From: Alphaproteobacteria bacterium
GTDB lineage: Bacteria > Pseudomonadota > Alphaproteobacteria > MPNO01 > UBA830
Direction of reading: 5' to 3'
DNA: 64,000 nt
Assembly: GCA_964291215.2 (NCBI GenBank)
Contig: OZ219791.1
Coordinates: 1,632,001 to 1,696,000, forward strand
Made by a program: the position numbers and the translations under genes
Notes under the pieces: generated by a model
Databases searched by the model: none
The model's input: only the letters and a program-made list of their open reading frames with translations
Told to the model about the DNA's origin: nothing
Part shown: positions 53,901 through 64,000 of the stretch, one piece after another
How positions within the stretch are numbered: the stretch's first letter is position 1
How the letters are laid out: the number at the start of each line of letters is the position of its first letter

Positions 53901-54416
53901 AGATGTCCTGACCTCGTGAGTTGACTTGATCCGTCCGGCTCCCCTTTTTTCCAACACAGTCAACGATTTTCCCGGTTTTTGCTTGACAACGTAGCCGTAA
54001 GCGTTCGTTCGTGCGGTGAGGTGTTGTTGCTTCTGTCCGTTTGACGGGCTTTTGTCAGGGAGTTCCAGCGTCACCCGGAGCGGTTTCGTGCACCGGGATG
54101 CGCGGTGAGGGGCACTGGCGCCATGCCGTGTTTCCCGCATTGGTTGCGGTTTTGTCCCGGCGTTGCGGAGGAGGAGCTGAGCGCCATCCTGTGCCGGTTG
54201 CAGGGGTCTGAGGGTCCGCTCCTTGCGGAGCGGGCCAGATGTCCTTCTTCGGCTTCTGTCATGTCGGTCGTAGCGGCCGCTGGTTGTTCCGACGCGGCCG
54301 GCAGACGCCGCGGCGCGGGCCCTCGACCAAGGTCTCGCAGGGCACGGGCGTGGTGTTGCAGCGCGCGGTCCATGCGGCGGTCGAGAAGCAGCGGCTCGCC
54401 GCATGGACCGCCTAGC

Positions 54417-55715
54417 GTATCTGCGCGCCGACCAGGCGCGTGTATCCGAGGTAGTATCAGCGGGCAACGAACTCGTTCCACAACTGGCCTTCTCGGGTGC
54501 CCACGATCCGGAAGTCAGCGGGCGGAGCTCGTCGAGGGTCTTCGGGGCGGCGGTGTGATCAGCTTCGGGGCTGGCGGCGGCAGAAGGCGCGGGCGATGGG
54601 GTCCGCTCCGTGATCGTTGCAGCCGCCGCATCTCCGCGACCATGAAGTCGCGCCCTCGACCTCACGGCGGCGCTGCGAATCTCCGCCGCCTCTCCGGGCT
54701 CACGGCAACCAGGGCGACAGATCGCCGGGCCGCCGTTCTCCGCGCAGGCATCAAGCCAGCGCAGAACATCGAGGCCGCTCCTCGCGACCGTGTACATGAC
54801 CGCCGACAGCCGTCCATGCTGTCGGAACCGAAGCCGGGCTTCCGCCCGTTGGCCGGGCCCCTGACAGCCCTTTCCCCGAAATTGTTGTCCATGGTCGACG
54901 AACACGCGATGGTTGAGCGCAGCGGCCTGCCTTCCGGCGCCGCTTTCGGAAGCCTCGGCGCTTCCGCAAACAGCGCGGCGACCGCAGTCTCCAGCGCCGC
55001 CTGCGCGGCCTGCCGCCGCCGACCGGCCGCCGGAAGCAGGGCAGTCGAGCCGTGTTCAGGCGGCAGATCTCCGCGATCGATCCATTCCCACCCCTCCAGC
55101 TGCGGCCGGCGCAGTCCGGAAAGTCGCGCCGACAATGCGCCTGGCAACAGCACAGGATGATGAAGGGCCACAGGCGCGCCAGCTTCTTGCAGGCGCCGTA
55201 GCGGCCGCAGACATGGGGGCGTCCGCGAACAGCTTCGCCGCGACCTCGGCGCTGCGCGAGGGAGAGAACCGCGTCACGGCTGACCGATGTCCGGAGCCAG
55301 GCGCGACTTCCGGACCTCCCTCGGGGCCTGGATGCATCGGCATGGCACAGACCCCGGTGCGCGGGGATCGCGTCCCGAAGCGGCTCGAACAGGGGCAGCA
55401 TCCGGCTCGCTGGCCAGCGTTCCCGGCGAAAGCCCCTGGACGCGGCGCAAGGGCCGCATGCACGCGCTCGTGCAGCACATGCGTCCACACCCGAATGCGG
55501 TGCCGGGAAACAGCCGCCACCGGTGAACCGAGGCAGTCACAGCCCCGGCGGACAATCCGCCGCTTTTGATCTCGATGATCCTGGTGCGAACCGTTGGCAA
55601 CGTGCCGCCTCGATGACCACCACTAAACGAATCGGCCTGCAGTGTCAAATCTCCACGAAAATCCGTTCGTTGCTCTACCCCGACATCAAGCCGGAACCAA
55701 GGGGTGAGCAGTTAC
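54417..55715 (-). mobile_element. IS66-family remnant, heavily degraded
   Basis: Terminal 100 bp (55616-55715) match 24185-24284 with 2 mismatches; LCHAD, CCQAHCRRDF, MDNNFGERAVRGP remnants. Left boundary (GTATCTGCGCGCC at 54417) is tentative. Confidence 0.7.
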
Positions 55716-55726
55716 GTTGCTTCTTG

Positions 55727-55766
55727 GTATCTGCTCACCCGCCTCTACGGAGGGGTGAGCAGATAC
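55727..55766. repeat. 40-bp mini-element made of two IS66-type ends
   Basis: GTATCTGCTCACCC-N12-GGGTGAGCAGATAC, a perfect 14-bp inverted repeat. Confidence 0.75.
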
Positions 55767-55908
55767 CTCGCACAAACCGAACCTTCGCCGCAGGACTCTG
55801 ATCGCTCCGAGGACGAACTCACGAAAGATACCATCGCTGAAATCGCCCGGATTCGCCACGATCGCTAAGCCCGCAAGACATGGACCTTGTCCTGATTGCA
55901 ATGTTCTT

Positions 55909-56292
55909 ATGTCGGTGGCTCGATTCAGAGAGGTGTGCATCAGCGTGATCATTCAGGCGATGCGTGATTACGAGATTGTGCTCTCCGTGCCCATACTTAA
56001 GGAGAACAAAGCCGTTGTCGGACGCTTCGGGCGCGCTATGTACCGGGAAGGTCTGTTCGCCATCATTGGGGAACTTGAGCGAGGCGCTGTATTGGTCGAA
56101 CCGTCAGATGTCGCGTTCGGGCTCGCTGATCCGGATGACGAAGTCTGCCTGGCGACTGCGACGGCTGGCGGAGCCGCTCTCATTACGGGCAACAGCCGGC
56201 ACTTCACGCAAGCACGATAGGGGTTGGTGGAAGTTCTTTCTCTGCGCAGCTTCCTCGATCGAACGGCCCGGGCGGTGCCTACGGAGCACTGA
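55909..56292 (+). pseudogene. PIN-domain toxin remnant
   Basis: LADPDDEVCLATA...LITGNSRHF; in-frame TAG at 56218-56220 followed by GLVEVLSLRSFL; the N-terminal DTNV motif is absent. Confidence 0.75.
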
Positions 56293-56475
56293 CAAGCATG
56301 CCGAGCCCGGCGAGGTCATGATGAACTGGCCGGGAAACAATGTGGGCCAGCGTCGAAATCAGGCTGTTGGCAAGATGGCGACAGCCATTAGCGAATTGCC
56401 GCCCCCTCGATCCGTTGGCAAGGTGCGCTTTCCCGGATCCTGCCCCGTGCAGCCTTTGGCGCCGGGATGTCCGGA

Positions 56476-57099
56476 TCAGCGAACCGGCGAGAACGGCGCC
56501 GCGAGAACGATCTTGTTGGCCTGGGTCTGGAGCGTCTCGTAGGGCCCCTTCGGAGGCCAGATGCCCTTCTTGACGGCCTCGCTCCGCACCTCAGCGCGAT
56601 GTTCGAAGCTCTCATAGGCCCAGATGTGGACGAACTTGTTGAGGTCGCCGGCATCGGTGTGCATGGCCATCACGAGTTCCGACATCTCGAGCCTTTTCGG
56701 CAGCGCTTTCGCCCAGCTCTCGTACAGGTCCGGAAGCGCGCCAGGCTTGATCATGTATTCCCGCCACTCGAAGATCGGGCCCTTGTCGCCGCTCAGGAAA
56801 GTCGGCGATAGCGGGGAAGGGGTGAATATCTCGGACCGCATGTGCTCTTGCAGGTGTGCGACCTTGGGCGGCCAGGAATACTGCTTGTCGGAAACCGACT
56901 GCGCACGAGTTCTCTCGCGATCCTCGGCGTTCTCGTACGGCCAGATGTGGATGACTTCGTTGAGTGGTCCGATTTCCGTGTAGAAAAAAGCTGCGAGTTT
57001 CGAGAGATTCTGGCGCTTCTCGTAGGCTTTGCCGAAAGTCTTGATGAACTCCGGCACGCCGCGCGGAGCGAGGCGATAGGTTCGCGCTTCGTAGATCAT
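56476..57099 (-). CDS. NIPSNAP family protein (two domains)
   Basis: MIYEARTY, TEIGPLNEVIHIWPY, repeated FEWREY...HIWAYES. Confidence 0.9.
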   Translation of the reverse strand: MIYEARTYRLAPRGVPEFIKTFGKAYEKRQNLSKLAAFFYTEIGPLNEVIHIWPYENAEDRERTRAQSVSDKQYSWPPKVAHLQEHMRSEIFTPSPLSPTFLSGDKGPIFEWREYMIKPGALPDLYESWAKALPKRLEMSELVMAMHTDAGDLNKFVHIWAYESFEHRAEVRSEAVKKGIWPPKGPYETLQTQANKIVLAAPFSPVR

Positions 57100-57263
57100 G
57101 CAGGTTTCTCCCTGTACTGTTGACGGCGGAGGCGGCCGCCGCATGTCCGCACGCCGTCCGGCCAGCGGGGTAGTGCGCGGCCGATCCAGCCGCCCAGTTG
57201 TCTTGCGCACGCGGCGACCGGTGTTACACTAAAGGCCGCAAAAGGCAAACGGGAGACAGGGCC

Positions 57264-57866
57264 ATGCCGGATACCGGATTGGGTGCGGTGGCGCAGTCGT
57301 CGCTGGCCACTCGCGGTGTGCATCATCTGGCGTTGACGACCGAGGACATGCAATCCACGACCGATTTCTATGTCAACGTCGTCGGTATGCCGCTCGTTCA
57401 CGCGATGAAGGTGCCGCCCGGTGTCGGGACGGGACCGGAGAATCGCGGCAATCCGCCCTACGAGGAAGTCAGGCACTATTTCTTTGACATGGGCAATGAC
57501 AGCCTGCTTGCGTTCTTCGAGATTCCGAAGGGCGAAAAACCGCAATCGGACCGCGACGCCATTGGTGGCATGCAGCACTGCGCCTTCGCCGTGACGCCGG
57601 CCCAGTTCGAGGCGTTGCAGGCGCGGCTTGCCGATAGCGGATACGATTACGACGGCCCGATCGACATCCTTCCGGGCCTCGTCTCGATCTATTTCTACGA
57701 CCCCAACGGCATACGCCTCGAGGCCTGTTGTCAACCGGACGCAGGCGACGAGCCTGCGGTCATCGGCTCGGTGCTGCAGAACAGGGCGGAGGCACGGGGA
57801 GAGCTCGACACCACCGGCGCGCCGGAAGAATGGATCGAGAAGATCACCGCAGGCCTCTCGCCGTAA
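57264..57866 (+). CDS. VOC/glyoxalase family protein
   Basis: GVHHLAL, HYFFDMG, QHCAF, SIYFYDPNGIRLE. Confidence 0.9.
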   Translation: MPDTGLGAVAQSSLATRGVHHLALTTEDMQSTTDFYVNVVGMPLVHAMKVPPGVGTGPENRGNPPYEEVRHYFFDMGNDSLLAFFEIPKGEKPQSDRDAIGGMQHCAFAVTPAQFEALQARLADSGYDYDGPIDILPGLVSIYFYDPNGIRLEACCQPDAGDEPAVIGSVLQNRAEARGELDTTGAPEEWIEKITAGLSP

Positions 57867-57906
57867 CGGCCGTTTAGGTCGCCCGCGAAGCGGTGCCCCC
57901 TCGGCG

Positions 57907-58983
57907 TCAGACTGAAAGCGCGTCCGTGAGGCCTTCGATCAGTTCGGCGACATCGGCCATGTTGTGCCGTCGCGAGGCGACGGCGATGTGCGGGCTCAAC
58001 ACCACGTTGGAATAGGACTTGAGCGGCTCGTCCGCGGCGCCGGGCTCCACGTAATGCACGTCGAGCCCGGCACCGCCGAGCCTGCCGCTGTCGAGCGCGG
58101 AGACCAGTGCGTCCCGGCGAACGATCGCCGCGCGCGAGATGTTGACCAGGATCGCGCCGGGCTTCAGGTGGGCAAAGGCAGCGGAATCGACCATACCTTC
58201 CGTGTCTTCGGTCAGCGGCAGGTGGATGCTGAGAAAATCCGCGCGCTCCAGAAGTTCGGCATAGGAGACGTAATGCGCCGCGTATTCCTGCTCTATGTCC
58301 GGCGGCAGGCGAGAGCGTTGGTGGTAGAGGATCTCCATGTCGAATGCGCGCGCCCGCCGTGCGACCTCGCGACCAATTTCTCCGAGGCCCAGCGCACCCA
58401 GCGTCGAGCCCTGCAGGCTGCGCAGTCCGGGTATCCGCGCCCAGTTGGCGCCGGCCACATGCGCGGTGTCGAACAGTCGGGGAGTGTAGCCGAGCGATTC
58501 CAACGACGCGAAATCGAGTGCGCCGTTGGTTTCCACCAGCTTGCGGCCAACGGCCATCATCATCATCAGCGCGTGTTCGGCGACCGCCGCGTTGACCCTG
58601 CGGCGCAGTGTGCGAACCTCGATCCCGGCCTCGTGGCAGGCCTCGATGTCGATGTTGCGGGTGTCGATCCCGAACTTCTGGACGAGCCTGAGGCCAAGTG
58701 CTGCCCCGATGTCTTCGGCATCAATCCTTAGCCCCTCGGTCACCACCGCGTCAGCGCCGGGAAGCGCCGCCCGGAGCGCATCACGGTCCGCGACCATCGT
58801 CACCTTGACCGGACGGATGGTCGCCGCCCGTGTGCGCAGGGTCTCGAACCACTCCTCCGGGTCGGGCTCGTCGAAGGACAGGTAGTCGCCGAAGGCCGCG
58901 CAACGCTCCGGACTTGCCTGCGCATCGAGGATGACTTCCAGGAACCGGAGGATCTTGTCGTCTTCGGCAATGATGGTCGTCAT
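57907..58983 (-). CDS. D-2-hydroxyacid dehydrogenase family protein
   Basis: AVAEHA, GLGEIG, HLPLT, LVNISR, AGLDV, LSPHIA. Confidence 0.9.
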   Translation of the reverse strand: MTTIIAEDDKILRFLEVILDAQASPERCAAFGDYLSFDEPDPEEWFETLRTRAATIRPVKVTMVADRDALRAALPGADAVVTEGLRIDAEDIGAALGLRLVQKFGIDTRNIDIEACHEAGIEVRTLRRRVNAAVAEHALMMMMAVGRKLVETNGALDFASLESLGYTPRLFDTAHVAGANWARIPGLRSLQGSTLGALGLGEIGREVARRARAFDMEILYHQRSRLPPDIEQEYAAHYVSYAELLERADFLSIHLPLTEDTEGMVDSAAFAHLKPGAILVNISRAAIVRRDALVSALDSGRLGGAGLDVHYVEPGAADEPLKSYSNVVLSPHIAVASRRHNMADVAELIEGLTDALSV

Positions 58984-59036
58984 GTCCGTCTCCGCTATGA
59001 TGGAGCCCCGTCTTACGGCAACAGGAGCCTGCTGCG

Positions 59037-59570
59037 ATGGCCCGCGTGCCACTGATCGATCCCGAGAACGTTCCGGGCCTTGCGGATTTTGCAGCCCACA
59101 TTCGCGGTCGCCGGCGCGGCCGCATGATCAACGTCTACCGCATGCTGGCGCACAGCCCTCCGCTCGCGCAGAGCTGGTTCCAGCACGTGAACGCCGTGCG
59201 CTGGGAGACGAAGATCGACGGGCGGCTGCGCGAGATCGTGATCATAAGGCTGGCCCATGCTTCCGCGTCCGCCTATGTGCTTCGCCAGCATGTCCCGAAG
59301 CTCGCGGAAGCCGAGGGCCTTTCGGCGGAGGCCTGCGAGGCCCTGAAGGACTGGTGTGGCTCTCCGCTGTTTGACGAGCGCGAGTGCGCCGCTCTTGCTT
59401 ACGCAGATGCGATGGCGGCTGCGGCCGCAGTGCCTGATGCGGCCTTCCGGTCGCTTCGGGACCATTTCGGCGATCGCGAGATCGTCGAACTGACGATGCT
59501 CGTCGGTGCCTACGTCTCCCATGTGAGGGTGCTCGGTGCGCTCGAGGTCGATCTCGAACCGGACGGCTGA
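59037..59570 (+). CDS. Carboxymuconolactone decarboxylase/AhpD-like protein
   Basis: LAHSP, LREIVIIR, YVLRQH, EIVELT. Confidence 0.85.
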   Translation: MARVPLIDPENVPGLADFAAHIRGRRRGRMINVYRMLAHSPPLAQSWFQHVNAVRWETKIDGRLREIVIIRLAHASASAYVLRQHVPKLAEAEGLSAEACEALKDWCGSPLFDERECAALAYADAMAAAAAVPDAAFRSLRDHFGDREIVELTMLVGAYVSHVRVLGALEVDLEPDG

Positions 59571-59599
59571 CGCCGCGCATTCCGGAAATCCGCCCTCCG

Positions 59600-60202
59600 T
59601 CAGGACGGGAGATCGGGCTCCGCGTCCGCGGGCAGTTGCGCATCGAATGCAATGAGCGTGGCCGCGGTCATTGCGTACATGCCCATGAGGTGAACGAGGT
59701 CGACGAGCAGGCGCCGCTCAAGACCGTCCGCCAACCGCCGGTAGGTCTCGGGCGATACCTGGCGCCTGCCGAACAGTTCACGTCCGAAGGCAATGATTGC
59801 CGCGCTGCGATCGTCGAGCCCGTCGACGGGGCCGCGGGTGCGGATCGCGTCGATCACGTCGTCGGAGACGCCCACCCGGCGGGCCTCGGGCTCGTGCGCG
59901 GCCCATTCGAACCGACAGTCATGTTCGCGCGCCGTCGTCAATATCGCGACCTCCCGCCAGCGCGAATCGATTCCGGCCCGGTCGCGGAGATAGAGGTTGG
60001 CGGGGCGCAGACAGGCGGAGAGCGCCGGGCTGTGCAGCCTTATGCCGCCGGGCCCCTGAAGTCCGGCAAGACTGCCGCCAACCGGGTTGGCGAGCTGATC
60101 ATAGACACGTTGTCCCGCGTCGTCGAGCCCGTCCCGTGCGGGAAGTGGAAGCCTGTTTCCCGATTGCGGGTCAATGTCGGGAGGCCGGGGCGCCTGATTC
60201 AT
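59600..60202 (-). CDS. Carboxymuconolactone decarboxylase/AhpD-like protein
   Basis: LHSP, REVAILTTARE, FEWAAHE, LVDLVHLMGMY. Confidence 0.85.
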   Translation of the reverse strand: MNQAPRPPDIDPQSGNRLPLPARDGLDDAGQRVYDQLANPVGGSLAGLQGPGGIRLHSPALSACLRPANLYLRDRAGIDSRWREVAILTTAREHDCRFEWAAHEPEARRVGVSDDVIDAIRTRGPVDGLDDRSAAIIAFGRELFGRRQVSPETYRRLADGLERRLLVDLVHLMGMYAMTAATLIAFDAQLPADAEPDLPS

Positions 60203-60387
60203 GCGATGGCTCCTTGTGGACGATTCGTGAACGAACTTGGGCGGTTTCTCGTCCGGTGCGGCCGGCTGCGCGGTTGCGTCGCGACCGTACGGCCCGCCAT
60301 CCTCGCCATGCCGCCGGGTTCGGGCGTGCCGATGCAACAGTTATGGTATGATCTTGCGGCCATGAGCCAAGGGGCGGAATCGGTGCA

Positions 60388-60876
60388 ATGACGGAAATAG
60401 TTCTGGCTGGCGGCTTTCTTTCGCGTGATCACGACCACGATCATTGCATAGACGATGCGCTGAAGACCGCCGAGAAGATCTGTCTTGAACGCGGTCTCCG
60501 CTTCACCCGAACCCGTCGGCGGGTTCTCGAGATCGTGTGGCAGCGCCACGGACCGATCGGCGCGTACGATATCCTCGAGGTGCTGCAGCAGGAGCGCCGC
60601 AAGACGGCACCGCCGACCGTCTACCGCGCTCTCGAATTCCTGCTCGAACACGGGTTCGTGCACAGAATCGAATCGCTGAACGCCTTTGTCGGTTGCAGCA
60701 GGCCGGAGGGCGCCCATGTCGGCCAATTTCTGATCTGCACCGGGTGCGGCCAGACTGTGGAACTTGATGATTCCGACATCGCCTTTCTCATAGCCGAAAA
60801 GACGGCCAGCGCCGGCTTCGACGTCTCGCGCCAGACGATCGAGATTCAGGGTCTCTGCAGCGGCTGCGGTGCCTGA
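60388..60876 (+). CDS. zur: Fur-family regulator, Zur-like
   Basis: HDHDHCI, GAYDIL, APPTVYRALEFL, VHRIES, two CxxC motifs. Confidence 0.88.
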   Translation: MTEIVLAGGFLSRDHDHDHCIDDALKTAEKICLERGLRFTRTRRRVLEIVWQRHGPIGAYDILEVLQQERRKTAPPTVYRALEFLLEHGFVHRIESLNAFVGCSRPEGAHVGQFLICTGCGQTVELDDSDIAFLIAEKTASAGFDVSRQTIEIQGLCSGCGA

Positions 60877-60932
60877 CCGGCGGGCGAAACCAGCCGGCGG
60901 GCGGTTGCCGACGGACGCCATGGCAACGCTGG

Positions 60933-61913
60933 TCAGAGTTCGATACCGAAGAGTTTCAGTGAATTGAGCCGACCGATCTTCCGGCGGTCGGCTTCGCTGA
61001 TCGTGCAGTTGTCGAACCATATGGCGGCGTGGTCTATGTTCTCGAACGGCCAGTCGGCCGAGAACAGGATACGGTCCGCGCCCACCTCCAGCATGGCGTT
61101 GATCAGGGCTTGGGTCCGGAAATTCCCGGATGTGGTGATGTAGAAGTTCTCCTGGAGATACTCCGAGAAGGTACGCTTGGCCGGATAGGCCGGCGGTGCT
61201 TCGGTCCACGCGTTGCGGTTGTCGCAACGCCAGATGCTGAACGGCAGCCCTTCGCCCATGTGTCCCAGGACGATCTGCAGGTTCGGGTGTTCGTCGAACA
61301 GTCCGCAAGCCATCAGCCGCAGGGCATGGACGGCGGTCTCCTGTCCGAAGGCCCAGGTGGGGCCCATCAGCCAAGGATGGCCGTCATAGATCTGCGCCAT
61401 GCTCGGAAGCGGATTGCGCGGATGAAGATAGAACGGCACCCCGAGTTCGGCCATGACCAGCCAGAACGGGCGGAACTGCGGCAGGTCGTAATAGTAGGCA
61501 GTGTGCGGTTCGTCGATTTGCGAGAAGCCGTTGACCAGGGCGCCGACGAATCCGAGGTCGTTGACGCAGCGTTGCATTTCGGCGCAGGCCATGTCGATAT
61601 CCTGAAGCGGCAGGGCGGCGAAGCCGCGAAAGCGCCCGGGATGGCGCTCGACCCATTCTGCGAGCACATCGTTCGACTTGCGCGCTATATCGTTGGCTCT
61701 CCCGCGATCCGGGATCGCCTGCACCGCCGGCGCGTTCAGCGACAGGATCATCAGTTCAACGCCGTTCCTGTCCATCTCCTCGATGCGCCGGCCCTCGATG
61801 TCGAGGACGCGGGCGGAGAGTTCTGCCCAAGTGTGCTCCGGCAGGTAGCCGGCCGAATCCATGAGGGTGTCCTCTATGGCGTAGTGTTCCTCGAGCGCGA
61901 TCTTGTCTTCCAT
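60933..61913 (-). CDS. Amidohydrolase-family decarboxylase (gamma-resorcylate/2,3-dihydroxybenzoate decarboxylase-like)
   Basis: KIALEEHY, LSLNAP, YLHPRNP, GPTWAF, GHMGEGLP, TTSGNF, FSADWPFE. Confidence 0.85.
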   Translation of the reverse strand: MEDKIALEEHYAIEDTLMDSAGYLPEHTWAELSARVLDIEGRRIEEMDRNGVELMILSLNAPAVQAIPDRGRANDIARKSNDVLAEWVERHPGRFRGFAALPLQDIDMACAEMQRCVNDLGFVGALVNGFSQIDEPHTAYYYDLPQFRPFWLVMAELGVPFYLHPRNPLPSMAQIYDGHPWLMGPTWAFGQETAVHALRLMACGLFDEHPNLQIVLGHMGEGLPFSIWRCDNRNAWTEAPPAYPAKRTFSEYLQENFYITTSGNFRTQALINAMLEVGADRILFSADWPFENIDHAAIWFDNCTISEADRRKIGRLNSLKLFGIEL

Positions 61914-62168
61914 GGCCCGTTCCTCTGTTGACGGCGCATCTGCGTCCCTCTTCCGCAATTATAGGATGTAGCGGCACACATGCATCAGGTGCGGGACAGG
62001 CACACCGATGCGGCCGCCGAGCTCGTGCCGGCAGCCGGCGCGGCTGTCGAGTTAGCAAGCCGGATCGGAGATCGCGGGCTGGCGGCTCCGTTCTGAGGCG
62101 CTGCAGGTCGATCCGCCAACCCGGTTCCGGAAAGCGCCAAGCGCTCCGGCCGGCAGGGTCCGTGAACG

Positions 62169-64000
62169 CTACTCCGCGGCGATCTGTCCCCCTGTTTCCG
62201 CTGCCTGTTCCCGGAGCGCCTTGAGCACCTTGGGCGGTGACATCGGATGATCGCGAAGGCGCACGCCGACGGCGTGGTAGATCGCATTCGAGATTGCCGC
62301 GAGTGGCGGAATGATCGGCACTTCGCCGATGCCGCGTACGCCGTAGGGATGATCCGGGTTGGGGACCTCGACGATTTCCGTGTTGATGAACGGCACGTCG
62401 GATGCAACCGGCACCCGGTAATCGAGGAACCCGGGATTCTCGAGCACGCCCTTCTCGTTGTAGATGTACTCCTCGTTCAGGGCGAAGCCGATGCCCTGAA
62501 CTGCGCCGCCCTGGAATTGGCCCTCGATGAACTCGGGGAACACGGCCTCGCCGGCATCCTGGACGATAGTGTAGCGGAGGACCTTGACGGCGCCGGTCCT
62601 GCGATCGACCTCGACATCGACGATATGGGTTCCGAAACCGGGGCCGCCCTGGGCGACATTGATCTCGGCATGTCCGGCGATGGTGCCGCCGAACCATGAG
62701 GCTTGCCGCGCGAGTTCCGCGACCGTCATCGGCGCGAAGTCGCCGACATTGGCGCCGGCCGGCCGCGCCGCGCCGTTCTCCCAGACCACCTGGTCGGGGT
62801 CGACCTCCCACTTGCGGGCGGCGATCTCGCACATGCGGGCGATAGCGTCCCGCGACGCCTTGACGGCGGCCATGCTGCCCGCGGCCGTGCCGCGGCTTCC
62901 TGCCGTCATGAAGTTGAAGCCGAGCGCGCTGGTGTCGCCTGACATCGTCCGCACCTTTTCGAAGGGGATGCCCAGCTCCTCGGCCACGATCATGGCGAGC
63001 GCGGCGCGCCCGCCTCCGGTGACGTCGACGGTGCCGAAGATCAGGCTCGCGGTTCCGTCCTCGCCGATATTGAGCGTTGCCGAGGTTTCGGCGCCGAGCG
63101 TGAACCAGAAGCCCGATGCGATGCCGCGCCCCTGGTCGGGTCCGAGTCTCTCCTGCATGTGCGGATGGGCCCTGGCGCGCTCCAGCGTCTGGATGAAGCC
63201 GATCGTGCCGAGCTTGGGCCCGAAATGCGTCTGGGTGCCTTCCTTGGCCGCATTCTTCAGGCGGAACTCAAGCGGGTCGATGCCGAGCTCTTCGGCAATC
63301 TCGTCGATCACCGTCTCGACGCCGAAGGCGACCATCGGCGCACCGGGCGCGCGATAGGCCGCGACCTTGGGCCGGTTGGTGGTCACGTCGTGGCCGACCA
63401 CCAGCACGTTCTCAAGATCGTAGCGCGTGAAGACGGTGATGGTGGCGAGCGGCAGCGATGAGCCGGCATAGGCGCCTGACTGGTAGTTGAGTTCGGCCTG
63501 TGCCGCGGTGATGCGGCCGTCCCTTGTCGCGCCCATCTTGATCTTGACGTTGGTCCCGGAGGTCGGGCCGGTGGAACGGAAGACCTCGTCCCGGGTCATC
63601 GCAATGCCCACCGGGCGATTCGCCTTGCGCGAAAGCACGACCGCCAGCGGTTCGAGATACACGTTGTTCTTGCCGCCGAAGCCGCCGCCGAGCTCGGCGG
63701 CCGTGACCTTGACCTTCGACATGTCCATCTCGAGGAGCTTGGCGATCTGGGCGCGGAACACGAAGTGGCCCTGGGTCGAGGTCCACACCTCCGCGTAGCC
63801 GCCCTCGGTGTAGTTCGCGACGCAGGCCTGCGGCTCGATATAGCCCTGGTGGACTGGTTTCGTGTTGTACTCTTGCTCGACGATGACGTCAGCCTCGGCA
63901 AAGCCCTTCTCGATGTCACCTAGCTTGCTCTCCATGCGCGCGGCGATGTTCGACGGCTTTTTCGGCTTGGGCTCGACGCCGCGCGTGAACTGGTCGGCGT
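62169..64000 (-). CDS. Xanthine dehydrogenase family molybdopterin-binding subunit (5' end beyond window)
   Basis: HQGYIEP, GGGFGGK, AYRAPG, EGQFQGGAVQGIG, GVRGIGE. Confidence 0.92.
   Translation of the reverse strand, partial: ADQFTRGVEPKPKKPSNIAARMESKLGDIEKGFAEADVIVEQEYNTKPVHQGYIEPQACVANYTEGGYAEVWTSTQGHFVFRAQIAKLLEMDMSKVKVTAAELGGGFGGKNNVYLEPLAVVLSRKANRPVGIAMTRDEVFRSTGPTSGTNVKIKMGATRDGRITAAQAELNYQSGAYAGSSLPLATITVFTRYDLENVLVVGHDVTTNRPKVAAYRAPGAPMVAFGVETVIDEIAEELGIDPLEFRLKNAAKEGTQTHFGPKLGTIGFIQTLERARAHPHMQERLGPDQGRGIASGFWFTLGAETSATLNIGEDGTASLIFGTVDVTGGGRAALAMIVAEELGIPFEKVRTMSGDTSALGFNFMTAGSRGTAAGSMAAVKASRDAIARMCEIAARKWEVDPDQVVWENGAARPAGANVGDFAPMTVAELARQASWFGGTIAGHAEINVAQGGPGFGTHIVDVEVDRRTGAVKVLRYTIVQDAGEAVFPEFIEGQFQGGAVQGIGFALNEEYIYNEKGVLENPGFLDYRVPVASDVPFINTEIVEVPNPDHPYGVRGIGEVPIIPPLAAISNAIYHAVGVRLRDHPMSPPKVLKALREQAAETGGQIAAE

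Noticed and set aside
1-64000. CRISPR array, cas genes, prophage or integrase
   Set aside because: No regularly spaced repeats, and no cas, phage structural or recombinase motifs noticed by eye.

Overview
High-GC DNA, probably from an alphaproteobacterium (Rhodospirillales-like gene order; inference). The intact backbone runs pstA-pstC-phoR-maeB / mutS ... glnD-murJ. It continues with an LLM oxidoreductase, a GST, a tRNA-Leu(UAA) carrying a group I intron, tcuA, sixA, a decayed TA/IS patch and a redox/aromatic-catabolism block. About 34 kb of accessory DNA (~9.3-43.3 kb) lies between mutS and glnD. It holds a group II twintron, a DUF4338-IS4 transposase, and nested IS630/IS1634/IS66/IS256/IS4 elements, most with readable inverted repeats and target duplications. 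Two IS66-type elements carry a compact DNA adenine methyltransferase gene, and a TAXI-TRAP/LysR catabolic cargo sits inside a split IS630. The strongest unexplained signal: nearly every transposase or intron copy carries many short deletions, often between micro-repeats. Non-mobile pseudogenes that must be as old or older (tctA, the IS256-interrupted methyltransferase) show no frameshifts. This suggests a deletion process aimed at mobile or repeated DNA; an assembly artefact must be excluded first. All family calls come from motif recognition by eye, not from database searches.
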